DNA of 64,000 bases from IMG/VR virus record IMGVR_UViG_3300035158_000293, positions 32,001 to 96,000 of that record. The stretch is one strand, 5' to 3'. Shown here in pieces: positions 45,508-55,299 of this stretch. Source of the DNA: a virus. Below the pieces are notes generated by a model. The model did no database searches and was not told where the DNA came from. It saw only the letters and a list, made by a program, of their open reading frames with translations. Position numbers and translations under genes: made by a program. Each line of letters begins with the position of its first letter. Within the stretch, counting starts at the first letter, position 1.

Positions 45508-45814
45508 CTCGCTTAACAGCCCTACAAAGCCGACCGCAAATACCTTGGCCTTTGGGAGATAGAACGATAAGGCTCGCGGCTCTGTGTTTCACTTTGACTG
45601 CATCGACACGTTCATTTGCCTCGTCGTGATCTGCATAGAACTCCACGACGTTCAAACCTTTAAGCAAGCGATCTGCGTCCACCTCGATGTAACGAAATGG
45701 CAAGGGTGAGAAGTCGGAAGTTACGACGTAAACTTGAGGTAGCCCTTCTATGAGAAAGAAAGAGTAAAGGAGTCCCGAGTAGGATTCGGGTTCTTTTTGT
45801 GAAGTCAGTCGCAT
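45497..45814 (-). CDS. Hypothetical protein
   Basis: Operon packing. Confidence 0.45.
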   Translation of the reverse strand: MRLTSQKEPESYSGLLYSFFLIEGLPQVYVVTSDFSPLPFRYIEVDADRLLKGLNVVEFYADHDEANERVDAVKVKHRAASLIVLSPKGQGICGRLCRAVKRGGR

Positions 45815-45817
45815 GGC

Positions 45818-46114
45818 TCACATGTCCTCAAATGTTAAGGGCTGTGTGCTCGAGGTGTCGCACGCTGTACACCCCGAAGTATTGACCTCTCTCGGGCGTC
45901 TACGTCTGTTTGAACGAATAATTGCCGCACGCCCAAGTTTTTTTGCAGTTACTACGAAGGGAGGTATCTTGGCTTTGGATTGGCACTTACTGCACACATC
46001 AACATTACAACGAAAACATACCCCATAAGACCAAGCTTCCACCTCCACCAAGTGACGCATGACGTTTTCCTCTGCGCCGCAGTAATCGCAGTACCTTACC
46101 AAACGCTCTCCCAT
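45818..46114 (-). CDS. Zn-finger hypothetical protein
   Basis: CDYC..CFRC..CSKC..CTAC. Confidence 0.5.
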   Translation of the reverse strand: MGERLVRYCDYCGAEENVMRHLVEVEAWSYGVCFRCNVDVCSKCQSKAKIPPFVVTAKKLGRAAIIRSNRRRRPREVNTSGCTACDTSSTQPLTFEDM

Positions 46115-46139
46115 GTTGCTTACCTTTCAAGCGTGTCAA

Positions 46140-46212
46140 AGCTGGGGATGGGAATTGAACCCACAACCCCCGGTTTACAAAACCGGCGCTCTGCCAATTG
46201 AGCTACCCCAGC
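46140..46212 (-). tRNA. tRNA-Thr (TGT), CCA not encoded
   Basis: GCTGGGG/CCCCAGC acceptor stem, TAGCTCAATTGGCAGAGC D arm, CCGGT-TTTGTAA-ACCGG anticodon arm, GGTTCAATTCC T loop. Confidence 0.95.
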
Positions 46213-46222
46213 GTGGTGCAAT

Positions 46223-47209
46223 TTATGCAGGAGGACTCCACCTAGCGGCGCTGTAACCTAGCGGCGCTTGGACGCCCATACAGGCACTACCATAACAGTC
46301 CCCTTGCGGGAATGAGGTCCACGTTGGCAGAAAGACGGTATATACTCCTAACACCAACGACGCCTTAAGGCTGTATTGATCATTAACACCGACCAAGACA
46401 CCATCCCCTACGTTATTCTCGTCTCGGTAAATACGCAAGCCAAGGTCCGGGATCACACCCGCGAGACTACACCAACTGTCTGATGTGAGGTCGCCGGGAC
46501 TTTCTGATGGGATGAACCGCTCGCCAAAAGCGTCTTGGATTTGGAGGCAAACCTCTGGACAAGCGAGGGCCCAATGCCCGCACGTATGACGTGTTCGGAT
46601 GCAGAGACTACTTTGCGCACCCTCCAACACAGAGACCATGTCGTTCCCCGTCTCAAAGTCGCGCTTCCCGATACCTCGAAGTGCTTCCTCGAACACGCAC
46701 CGTCCAACTAACTCAACTAGACTGTCGGTGCTCACGGTTTCCAAAGATTTACCCTGTGGCGGTCTTAGATGTGTCTGTCGGGTTGTTATGTTATCGCTTC
46801 CGATTCCCAAATCGACACTCGGTTCGCCCGTCTCGCTTTGATAGGTCCGGTACGTCGCGTAGACTACCGGTGCATACCACGGCCTTACTGTAGGCTGGAT
46901 CGAGAACAGAGCAGCTAGAGGACTTAACATTAAAACACGGGTGGTGACATCAAAAATCTGTTCCGGCGTTAGACCTCCAAACTGTTTATCTGCTTCCTGC
47001 AACTCGATAATGCTTGGACCCCTCTGCTGTAACGTCCTTTTTGTATTCTCAAGAATAAGTGCTACTGCCGAAGGTGAGAGCAAACTTACTTCCTCGTGCG
47101 GCTCCACGAACTCCCGCCAACCCCCTTGTTCCACGCTCATCTGTGCCAGCTTTGCCCCTGTTTCTGAAAGTGGGGTGTACGCGCCAACCGCTTTGCTTAC
47201 CAATTTCAT
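46223..47209 (-). CDS. Divergent T4 gp23/gp24-like capsid protein paralog (tentative)
   Basis: VALILENT...LQEA...LFSIQPT echoes the gp23 N-terminal A.LLEN...VQP pattern. Confidence 0.45.
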   Translation of the reverse strand: MKLVSKAVGAYTPLSETGAKLAQMSVEQGGWREFVEPHEEVSLLSPSAVALILENTKRTLQQRGPSIIELQEADKQFGGLTPEQIFDVTTRVLMLSPLAALFSIQPTVRPWYAPVVYATYRTYQSETGEPSVDLGIGSDNITTRQTHLRPPQGKSLETVSTDSLVELVGRCVFEEALRGIGKRDFETGNDMVSVLEGAQSSLCIRTRHTCGHWALACPEVCLQIQDAFGERFIPSESPGDLTSDSWCSLAGVIPDLGLRIYRDENNVGDGVLVGVNDQYSLKASLVLGVYTVFLPTWTSFPQGDCYGSACMGVQAPLGYSAARWSPPA

Positions 47210-47225
47210 ACTACCTCCTGCTTTT

Positions 47226-47720
47226 TCAGCTTTCGCCTAAACGCTCTTCCCAGCGCTCAAGACATGTGATGATTTCGTTGATCTTCTGGCTGAGGAAGCC
47301 GCTCCCCTGACACTTCTCAGGCACACCCACGCCCTGTGGACGTAGTTCTTCGGAGTCTTGGGCTTCTGACTCGGCACAGGCTTCGTTTTGTTTTTTAAGC
47401 TTTGCGGCGGCCTCCTGTGCCGCTTCTTTCTCCGCGTACTCTTCGCATAGGCCGTGGACCTCATTCATGAGACTTATCCACTCCCCAGCGTCTGCTTCGG
47501 GGCCGTTTTCGATAAAGGGATCAATCTCGAAGTCGAACAAGGCGTTGACTACACCTGTAATCTCTTTGAGAAGAGTGGTACGCCGTTTGAACTCCCTGAG
47601 AATCTTGACCAGTCGCTCGTCCGCGCCGTCGGCAGCGATCTGGCTTGAACACTTTGTGCAAACCCCTCCGCAACATTTGGCCAACTCGCCACAGATCGAG
47701 CACCTCGTTAGCATAGTCAT
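47226..47720 (-). CDS. Hypothetical protein (Zn finger plus coiled coil)
   Basis: AGGAG RBS; CSIC..CTKC. Confidence 0.55.
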   Translation of the reverse strand: MTMLTRCSICGELAKCCGGVCTKCSSQIAADGADERLVKILREFKRRTTLLKEITGVVNALFDFEIDPFIENGPEADAGEWISLMNEVHGLCEEYAEKEAAQEAAAKLKKQNEACAESEAQDSEELRPQGVGVPEKCQGSGFLSQKINEIITCLERWEERLGES

Positions 47721-47789
47721 CAGAACGCTCCTGCTTGCTTGGCTGTTTCCAACTTTCGGAGGATTTCCTGCACAGCTATTGACACAATG

Positions 47790-48569
47790 TCAATCCTCAG
47801 CCTCTGCCACTTGTAGTCTACGGAGGATTTCGTCTCTCCCCGGCTTGCAAACGTCCTGCAAAGGCGTCACCTCGGCAAAAGACAAAACTGCGCAGGTGTG
47901 ACACTTGCGGTCTTCATCATACAAACACGCGGGACAGTCCGGGTTGCACACAACCGGAGTAGGGGCAGTTACAGGTTTGGTGTGTTTGGTTATCTCCATC
48001 TTCTTCCCGCCGTTGATCTCCACCTTCATGGTGAAACTCACACCAGCATAATCCGCCAAACCTCCTGTAGTCAGTTGCTTTTGTACGGGTGTATGCGGGG
48101 TTTGTTGTGCAGGCCCTCGCGGAGCAGGTGCAGTATGGCGCATACAACGATTATCGAGGTAAACACGTATGTTCGAAGAGTGACACTCGGGGCAAGCCCG
48201 TTTTGCCGCTTCTGTTTCTTCAACCGTTTCCTTCTCCCACCAAACGGTGACTGTTTCACAATCTGCACAGTCCGTTCGAAAAAGCTTTTTGCTCTGCGGC
48301 ATCACCATACTCCAATCCACGTCTTCCAACAGCAAGTAGTAAGCACAGTCAGGGTTATGGGGTCCGGCATCGTCGTAATCCCAATCGTAACCGGGCTTCT
48401 TTATTGCACAACTGCCGCAATAGCGCTCCTGCTCACACCAATACGCTGTCTGTTCTGTCACAATGCGCTTACACCCGTCGCCAGCACACTTGTACAACCG
48501 CTTGTGTTTAGGATCGGTCACTACCCTCGCTGTCTCGTTCTTCTTCCGATCCGGTTTCGGGTTCCCCAT
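47790..48569 (-). CDS. Cys-rich multi-Zn-ribbon protein
   Basis: Multiple CxxC pairs. Confidence 0.55.
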   Translation of the reverse strand: MGNPKPDRKKNETARVVTDPKHKRLYKCAGDGCKRIVTEQTAYWCEQERYCGSCAIKKPGYDWDYDDAGPHNPDCAYYLLLEDVDWSMVMPQSKKLFRTDCADCETVTVWWEKETVEETEAAKRACPECHSSNIRVYLDNRCMRHTAPAPRGPAQQTPHTPVQKQLTTGGLADYAGVSFTMKVEINGGKKMEITKHTKPVTAPTPVVCNPDCPACLYDEDRKCHTCAVLSFAEVTPLQDVCKPGRDEILRRLQVAEAED

Positions 48570-49068
48570 CAGTCTCGTTCCTCTCTTCCTTAATCACAAG
48601 GGTATCAGTTACGCCCTCTGAAGCCTCTGTTGGGGTTTGTGTGGGCTCTGGCGGTGTTTCTTCCTCGTGCGAAGCCACCGCCTCAACCCTTCGAAACCGC
48701 TTGGCCAGAGCTACCGCATCGTCAATACGGCTGTGAAGCGTGGGGTCCGTAGTCTTTTTCAGTTTCTCTGCGGCGTCTGCGAGTCCTTCATCGGTGGCAG
48801 GAAGCTCGTTTATGACGTTTTCAGTATGCAACGCCATCATAATAACGCCCTTGTGCAGGTCGTTGCGCACGTTGCTCTTGAGTCCTAAGTACGCATCAAA
48901 TTGAGGTGAACGCAGGACGCCTATCAACATGGGTAGAGTTTTTGATAACTCATTGAGCATCATGAAAGCCTGTTGACAGATTTGACCGACTTGTTGATCG
49001 GGTCTTAATTGTTGTGGTTCAGGGTTCTGTGGTTGCACTATGTCCTCCTTAAAGGTTCTGTAATACAA
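48508..49068 (-). CDS. Hypothetical protein
   Basis: AAGGAGG RBS before GTG (VQPQN); acidic tail. Confidence 0.55.
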   Translation of the reverse strand: MYYRTFKEDIVQPQNPEPQQLRPDQQVGQICQQAFMMLNELSKTLPMLIGVLRSPQFDAYLGLKSNVRNDLHKGVIMMALHTENVINELPATDEGLADAAEKLKKTTDPTLHSRIDDAVALAKRFRRVEAVASHEEETPPEPTQTPTEASEGVTDTLVIKEERNETDGEPETGSEEERDSEGSDRS

Positions 49069-49687
49069 AAGCTATGTCGCCTTGGACACCTTCAGCCTCC
49101 AAAATCATGCGACTCCACACTTCGTAAGTTTCTGGTTTGGCTCTACACTCCGACCACAAAGCCTCCATAGAGAGCCATTCTGCGGAAAGGGTTTCCGGTT
49201 CCGCAACCGCCACGTTTCCGGGCTCCACTACAACGAGGTGAACCAACCCAAAGTGAACTTGCCCCACAGCATTAGATTCATCATTCAAGGTACCTAACAA
49301 AACGGGCTCACCCCCAACGTAAGGAGCCGCGAGTGACAACTCTTCCCTCAACTCTCGCTGTATCCCGTAGTGAATAATATCAAACGGTGTCTGTTGCTCG
49401 GACTGATCCCCCGGATTGATGTGCCCTCCGGCACCAATGCTGTGGAAGCCGTGGAGACGCGCCTCACCACCGCCTTTCTTGCGAGTCATCCGCAACACCT
49501 GCCGTTTAGTATTTGCTACAAGGGTGTACGGTATGATTTGTTTGAACGCAGGGTCATGCTCCGCGTAATCGCGCTCGATAAAGAACATAATACCCAACGG
49601 GGGATACACGTTACCGCGGGAAAACCCATTAGGAGCACAACCGTGGCCAAAAATGAACTGGCGTTTTGTGACGTAAATAAACTCCAT
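49049..49687 (-). CDS. Nudix-family phosphoesterase (COG4112-like)
   Basis: AEHDPAFKQIIPY; GEARLHG..SIGAGGHINP; RELREEL; VGQVHFGLV. Confidence 0.85.
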   Translation of the reverse strand: MEFIYVTKRQFIFGHGCAPNGFSRGNVYPPLGIMFFIERDYAEHDPAFKQIIPYTLVANTKRQVLRMTRKKGGGEARLHGFHSIGAGGHINPGDQSEQQTPFDIIHYGIQRELREELSLAAPYVGGEPVLLGTLNDESNAVGQVHFGLVHLVVVEPGNVAVAEPETLSAEWLSMEALWSECRAKPETYEVWSRMILEAEGVQGDIAFVLQNL

Positions 49688-49700
49688 CTCAAAACCTCTG

Positions 49701-50558
49701 TTAGAGGGGTTTATGGACGATTACACCGCGCTCCCGATCTACAACCATATCGCAGAAAACCGAGGGCACAAGAATATGGAACGCTTCGAGAAGATCAAGC
49801 GCCATACTGCGAATTTCCCATTGGGCGTGCTTCTCTCCGCGTAGTTTGAAAATGTGCCGCCACTCCCGCAAGTTTGTGGTGAACGTAATCTCCGAGCACG
49901 TCGCGTTAGGCAAAACAAAGCGAGCATCCTCGTTTTTCAACCCCATATCCTGCAAACGTATGTACAAGTCCCGCGTTGCATCCATGTGGGCTGTAAAAAG
50001 CTCCAACGCTTCAGGGCGCTCTTTAATTGCTGGGGGTGTAACGTAGCGGAAGCTATCTTCGTTGACGTACCTCTGGCTTTGCTGTGTAATACTCGCCAAC
50101 CGGTGACGCACGAATTGGTGTGTGAACGCACGCGACCCGCCGCGAACGCGCACCGTCGCGGAAGCGTGCTCGAGAACGGATTCATGCCCACGCTTTATGA
50201 CCATGCGAATGAATTTCTCCGCAGAGTCTCTGTACGCGGCTACAATCTCGTAAACACGCCCGTCGTGCGCAAGTTGCTTCCCCAACAGGGCCTCAAGGTC
50301 TGCAATAACCCACGACACCTTAGCGGACACCACACCGCTGTCCACCAATATATCTCTGTGTTCTGAGTTTTCCCACAGTAGTTGGTGTAACAACGGTCGC
50401 TCCACCGACGCTGACTCCTCATTCGATGTTGACGAAATGAAACGGAGCTTGAAGATGGGATGGGAAGTCTGTTTGTCGAATGACAAGTACGCTGTTCGTC
50501 CGCACTCCTCAATGACCTCTTCAGCGTTTGGTGTTAGCGCGATTACTTCAACGTCCAT
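49701..50558 (-). CDS. thyX: Flavin-dependent thymidylate synthase
   Basis: GHESVLEHA; RHRLASITQQSQRYV; EDARFVLP; NLREWRH; HAQWEIR. Confidence 0.96.
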   Translation of the reverse strand: MDVEVIALTPNAEEVIEECGRTAYLSFDKQTSHPIFKLRFISSTSNEESASVERPLLHQLLWENSEHRDILVDSGVVSAKVSWVIADLEALLGKQLAHDGRVYEIVAAYRDSAEKFIRMVIKRGHESVLEHASATVRVRGGSRAFTHQFVRHRLASITQQSQRYVNEDSFRYVTPPAIKERPEALELFTAHMDATRDLYIRLQDMGLKNEDARFVLPNATCSEITFTTNLREWRHIFKLRGEKHAQWEIRSMALDLLEAFHILVPSVFCDMVVDRERGVIVHKPL

Positions 50559-50599
50559 TTTGCCCCCTTAAAAACTGCGGTTGCTGTGGTTAAGTACAC

Positions 50600-50640
50600 A
50601 AAAAACCTCCCCTCCGCTACACTCTTAGAGAAGGGGAGGA
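50600..50640 (-). terminator. Intrinsic terminator after HU gene
   Basis: CCTCCCCT/AGGGGAGG stem plus T6. Confidence 0.65.
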
Positions 50641-50650
50641 ATTTGCAAGA

Positions 50651-50926
50651 TCAACCCGCGACGCTGTCCTTGAGTGTTTTGCCCGGTCGGAACTTGGGCA
50701 CGGTAGTCGCCGGAATCTGCATGGTCTCACCTGTGTGAGGATTCCGTCCGGCTCGCGCTTTCCGCTCCTGCACCTCGAATGCCCCGAAACCAACAATCTG
50801 CACACGCCTACCTTCAGCCAATGCCTCGGTCACGACATCGACGAAAGCATCGAGCATTCGGCCCGCTTCCACTTTTGTTGTGTCCGCGCGGACAGCAATA
50901 CCTTCAATTAGCTCTCTCTTCTGCAT
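50651..50926 (-). CDS. hup: HU/IHF-family DNA-binding protein
   Basis: VQIVGFGAF....RKARAGRNPHTGE...IPA...PKFRPGKTLKD. Confidence 0.96.
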   Translation of the reverse strand: MQKRELIEGIAVRADTTKVEAGRMLDAFVDVVTEALAEGRRVQIVGFGAFEVQERKARAGRNPHTGETMQIPATTVPKFRPGKTLKDSVAG

Positions 50927-50950
50927 TGTAACCTCCTTGAAAAAAGTATG

Positions 50951-51490
50951 TTACCGCCTGCAACACTTCTTGAATTTTTTTCCACTACCGCAAGGACAAG
51001 GAGCATTCGCCCCGACCTTCTTACGTTTGCGTTGAAAAGTGTCCACGTCCGGGTCAACCCATACCATGTTTCCATCGAGTAGTAGTTGCGCCGCCATGTA
51101 CACCAAATTGTGATCCTGCCAATCGTCGGAATCCTCGGAAGTAAAGACGACTTCAGGCTTCCCGTGTAACGTGTAATGCACAGTCAAACGACGGTACACC
51201 GGAACAAGCAAATGTCGTTGTTGCTTATACACCCGGACCCGCCGCTTGTATTCAGGGGACGAACCCGCCTCGGGGTAGACAGCAAGGTTGTAAACTGGCG
51301 CTTGAACCACACCGGGGATGTGCAGGTACGCAATGCGTTCGAGCCGACCCACCTGAGTGGTTGTAAGGATTTGAGCACCTTCCTTCTTCGCCAACCGCAT
51401 GAGAGGTTTGGCAACGCTCTCATAGATGTCTGCGTCGCTTGTGGTTGTATCAAAGGTTTGCTGGCCCAAGGTCTTATCCGTAAACCTCAT
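50951..51490 (-). CDS. SEC-C motif protein
   Basis: KVGANAPCPCGSGKKFKKCC; GGAG RBS before MRFTDK. Confidence 0.8.
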   Translation of the reverse strand: MRFTDKTLGQQTFDTTTSDADIYESVAKPLMRLAKKEGAQILTTTQVGRLERIAYLHIPGVVQAPVYNLAVYPEAGSSPEYKRRVRVYKQQRHLLVPVYRRLTVHYTLHGKPEVVFTSEDSDDWQDHNLVYMAAQLLLDGNMVWVDPDVDTFQRKRKKVGANAPCPCGSGKKFKKCCRR

Positions 51491-51504
51491 TATGTGTATC
51501 TCCC

Positions 51505-52068
51505 CTATTGGTGGCCGGTAGCCTTGATCACACTCATAACCCGCTCTACAACCTTCGCAGGAGAGTCGTGTGTCCACCACTCTGCACCCTCATTCCACGG
51601 CTGTGGGAAGAGGAGCGCGTGACCGTGCGAACGAAAGTTGAAAACATTGGCGGGTTTGTCATCGATCAAAAGAGCCGTTGGGCTTGCGCACAAGTGTTTT
51701 TTGTTGGTTATGATGAAATCACGGAAGTCTCGCCCAAAAACATCCTCTAACCAGAGCTTTTTCCCGACAAGGGAAGTTACGTCCCACGAAGGGGATGTGA
51801 GAAAGGCAAACTCGTAGTCACTCTCAATCAACGTCTCCCATAAAAGACGCGCCCACGGGTATTCAGGAACGTAACGCCAAAAGTCAACTCCCGCGGCATC
51901 AATGACTTTCCAAAAAGTACTGGAATCCAGCCCGAGCACTTTCTCAGCAGACCACTCCCCCTTCGGCCACGTATCGTAGAGGTCTTCTCGTCCATGCGCT
52001 TTGAGCATCGCCCGTGGGGTGTCCAAAAGGACACCATCAATGTCACAGAACACTTTGGTTATAGGCAT
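51505..52068 (-). CDS. HAD-family 5'(3')-deoxyribonucleotidase
   Basis: VFCDIDGVLLD; FLTSP; GKKLWL; LLIDD; FPQPWN. Confidence 0.85.
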   Translation of the reverse strand: MPITKVFCDIDGVLLDTPRAMLKAHGREDLYDTWPKGEWSAEKVLGLDSSTFWKVIDAAGVDFWRYVPEYPWARLLWETLIESDYEFAFLTSPSWDVTSLVGKKLWLEDVFGRDFRDFIITNKKHLCASPTALLIDDKPANVFNFRSHGHALLFPQPWNEGAEWWTHDSPAKVVERVMSVIKATGHQ

Positions 52069-52411
52069 TAGCCCCCCTTGATTGTCTACCCAAAGTGTAC
52101 CGCATGAATCAGCCCGTGTCAAGCATTTTCTATTTTTTTATCCCGGTCAGAGGAATATCGGAGGTTTTTCATCCCTCCGGGCTTGATTCGCTTGCCCTTG
52201 AACCTGTGAGGCCGCTGTTTTCTTAATCGCTTGCCTGCTTCTGTTTCGTAGTTCTTACCTATTGGAACCTCTCGCGGGTCGTCACAACACCGCAACTCCA
52301 CCAACTCGGACAAGGTAAAAAGCGTTCGCGTGGTTACAGGCATAGCTGCATAGCTCGCGTATGTGCATTGCATCTGCTTCACCCCCACCGGGACTCAAAC
52401 CCTCTACAAGA

Positions 52412-52440
52412 AGTGTACAGCATGATTCACACATGTGCAA
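52412..52440 (-). promoter_or_regulatory. Possible sigma70-type promoter
   Basis: TTGCAC-N17-TACACT with TG extension. Confidence 0.45.
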
Positions 52441-52509
52441 CCATAAAATCTACTTTTTACAGCATGGCCGGGGTGATATGCAAATAATACATTGACGTTG
52501 TGTCAACAT

Positions 52510-52543
52510 AAAAAGACGCCGTTGGTCGGGCAACCAACGGCGC
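52510..52543 (-). terminator. Probable intrinsic terminator
   Basis: CGCCGTTGGT/ACCAACGGCG stem followed by TCTTTT. Confidence 0.6.
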
Positions 52544-52620
52544 GGCGGACCTATTTCTACCGTAACGAGCTTGTGGTGCTGTCTCCTGTGAGGAGATGCA
52601 GAGCCAACATATATAATATA

Positions 52621-53274
52621 TCACATCCAACGGGGTTTGTCAAGTGGAGGACTTAGTAAATGGAAGGTTTCGCCGTGAGGTCTATCCCACGCCTTATCAT
52701 AAGTAAAGAAGGCGTAAAGGGTTGAGTCAACTTTACCATCTCCGGTAAAAGATGGTCTTTTTGACACAAACGCCATGTGTCTTGGGAATATCTCCTCTTC
52801 GTGGAACTTACGGCGCGAATCAGACTCCATCCACGCAGCTCGTAACAGCAGTAGCACCACGCCGTCGTCTTTCGTAACAGCAAGGCACTTACGAACGAAA
52901 GGCAAAAGAATTTCGGAAGAGTACGGGGGATTGGTAGCTACAACATCGAACTTGAATTCCGGGGGTGCCCACTTCAAAAAGTCTGTGCAGGTGTCACAAA
53001 CGTCGAACAGCCCTTTTGGAGGGGACACCTCTCGAACATCCACACCACGCACTTCGCACGAGGGCCAACGTGTCTTAACCACTTGTGCAAAAGGTGCGTG
53101 ATCACCACACCCCGGCTCCAAAAATTTTTCGGGTGCGGTTTGTAGAGGAAAAGCATCGAAGAAGGACTGAACCAACGCCAACGGCGTCTGGTAATTGTCA
53201 TTGGCTATGCGTTTGCGCTTGGGTTCTTTCTTAACAGGTTTCTTGACCCGCTTAGGTCTTTTGTGTACGCGCAC
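52621..53274 (-). CDS. Small DNA adenine methyltransferase
   Basis: DNYQTP; FLEPGCGD; VATNPPYS; RPSF. Confidence 0.85.
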   Translation of the reverse strand: MRVHKRPKRVKKPVKKEPKRKRIANDNYQTPLALVQSFFDAFPLQTAPEKFLEPGCGDHAPFAQVVKTRWPSCEVRGVDVREVSPPKGLFDVCDTCTDFLKWAPPEFKFDVVATNPPYSSEILLPFVRKCLAVTKDDGVVLLLLRAAWMESDSRRKFHEEEIFPRHMAFVSKRPSFTGDGKVDSTLYAFFTYDKAWDRPHGETFHLLSPPLDKPRWM

Positions 53275-53318
53275 ATCGCCCCCTTTTGTCTTTTGAACTC
53301 CTACGTCTGTAGGTTTGG

Positions 53319-55259
53319 TTACGCTTGTACTCGTTCGAGTAATTCTACCCGCTCGGTTAATTCCTTGATCGCTTGAATAAGCACGGGGATGAGCTTCTGT
53401 GGCTTCATTCCCCACGTTTCACAATCCTCATCCTTCGGCTTATGAACCACCTCCGGGATGTGTTTGTAGACGTCTTGTGCAATGAGTCCGATCTGCTCTT
53501 TCCTATGTGGTTCATCAACGACCAAATGGTCATCCTCAACGTGCCAATCGTGTATCTTGAACCGCTTGGGCTCCAATGCGCAGATGGTTTCGAGTCCGTA
53601 GTTCAAGGCTCTAATGTCACTCTTAATCCTGCGGTCCGAAGCAACCGCCCACGACAACGTACCCGACCCGTTCGTCGTAAGCTGGTCGCCGTCATCGCCG
53701 TCGGCATCCGGCAAGACCCAAATCTGATCGGCTGTCAAAGCGGGGGCTTCAAACCCAACGTAATTGGAAGAACCCGAATCATAGAAGCGCAACTCCTTAC
53801 GATTCCACAAGGCTGCGTAGTTTTGTGCTACTGTAAAAGCGAGTGCGCCGTTAAAACCAACGGAAAATGTGTCGGCACCCGGAGCCGTGAGTTTCGCGAC
53901 GTTACTAGTACCACTCCCAAACACAAACGTATTGTCATTAGCCCCTGTGTCAACATACTGCCCTATGGCACAGGACACCTCTCCAGCAGCAATCGCGTAG
54001 TGGCCGAAGGCCAGAGCCCGATCACTTGTCGCATCCGAATAATAACCATAGGCAAATGACTGGTTCGCTGTTGAATCACACGCATTGCCTCCCGCAAACG
54101 ATCCGCTGCCTGTTGCGGTACAACTCCTTCCGAAACCAACGGAGTACGCACCTATTGACCCCAAGGCGGATGCAGGACACCACATAGCCCGAAAAGCTCC
54201 GTAATCCGTAGTGTCATTGTAAAACCGCAGGTATAAGTCATTCGTGGTGTCCTCGGCTTCGAAGCCTGAAGAGCCATCAGACATCTGGATTGCATACTGT
54301 GAACCAGTAGAGGAACCGCCCCCAGCGTCTTCCCATGAAAGAGTACCATCGCCTGCGGTTGTTAGAACCTGCCCATTTGACCCGTCAGAGTCGGGCAAGA
54401 CCCAAATCTGATCGGCTGTCAAAGCAGGGGCTTCAAACCCAACGTAGTTGGAATTATCGGAGTCGTACCAACGGAATTCATTGGCGTTCCAGAGACAAGC
54501 GTACCCCTCTGCAACAGTAAAGTCCGGCTTGTCAACATTACCTTTGTTGAAACCAACGGAAAATGTCGAAGCCGCCGGTGCCTTGCACCGCTGCGTACTG
54601 GAAACGCCCTGCCCGAGGATAAGCGCGTTGTTATAGGCGGAGGTCACATACTGCCCGATCCCGCAGGAATAGTCACCGGAAACAGTATTGTGCCGTCCAA
54701 ACGCCGCCGAGTACTCACCGCTAACGCTGAGCGAGCTACCTGCGCCAAACGCGCTCTCACCGCTGACTGTGCTGTGCGAGCCAAGGCAAACTGCCCGTGC
54801 CTCACTCGCGGTACAGTTATATCCTCCTGCAAACGAATTAGCGCCAGTAGCATCTGTGCTCTCACCACACGCAAACGCCGATAACCCTGTGGCATTCGTG
54901 CGAGTACCACAAGCGAACGAGGCCCATCCCGAGGCTTCCGTATCGTGGCCGGTGGCAAAAGATCGATGTCCGATAGTCCCTAAACCATTAGGGAAGTACC
55001 CTACACGGAAAGCGCCGTCGTTTGTTGTGTTGTTGTAGCAACGGAAGTAAATATCGTTCGCAGTATCTTCGGAGTCGAGACCTCCCGATCCGTCCGATAT
55101 TGGAACAGCGTATTGAGAGCCGCTACCAACCACGTCCAATCGTCTCCACACAGCCCCGTCATAACCCCGGAAATTGGTACCGTCAAACTTTACCAACCCC
55201 GCGTAAGCGGCTGAAGTGTTTGCGTATGCGATAACACCTTTGCGTCGTCTGAAAGCCAT
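53319..55259 (-). CDS. Tail fibre/adhesin with YadA-like repeats and C-terminal peptidase S74 chaperone
   Basis: 14-aa A.G..S.A.G repeats; SDRRIKSDI; IGLIAQDV...IPEVV; LIQAIKEL. Confidence 0.88.
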   Translation of the reverse strand: MAFRRRKGVIAYANTSAAYAGLVKFDGTNFRGYDGAVWRRLDVVGSGSQYAVPISDGSGGLDSEDTANDIYFRCYNNTTNDGAFRVGYFPNGLGTIGHRSFATGHDTEASGWASFACGTRTNATGLSAFACGESTDATGANSFAGGYNCTASEARAVCLGSHSTVSGESAFGAGSSLSVSGEYSAAFGRHNTVSGDYSCGIGQYVTSAYNNALILGQGVSSTQRCKAPAASTFSVGFNKGNVDKPDFTVAEGYACLWNANEFRWYDSDNSNYVGFEAPALTADQIWVLPDSDGSNGQVLTTAGDGTLSWEDAGGGSSTGSQYAIQMSDGSSGFEAEDTTNDLYLRFYNDTTDYGAFRAMWCPASALGSIGAYSVGFGRSCTATGSGSFAGGNACDSTANQSFAYGYYSDATSDRALAFGHYAIAAGEVSCAIGQYVDTGANDNTFVFGSGTSNVAKLTAPGADTFSVGFNGALAFTVAQNYAALWNRKELRFYDSGSSNYVGFEAPALTADQIWVLPDADGDDGDQLTTNGSGTLSWAVASDRRIKSDIRALNYGLETICALEPKRFKIHDWHVEDDHLVVDEPHRKEQIGLIAQDVYKHIPEVVHKPKDEDCETWGMKPQKLIPVLIQAIKELTERVELLERVQA

Positions 55260-55299
55260 GCCATCTCCGCACGAAACAAGGGAAATTCACACAGCTATT

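Noticed and set aside
53319-55259. Diversity-generating retroelement acting on the tail fibre
   Set aside because: No reverse transcriptase seen and both repeat copies are in-frame coding modules, not a TR/VR pair
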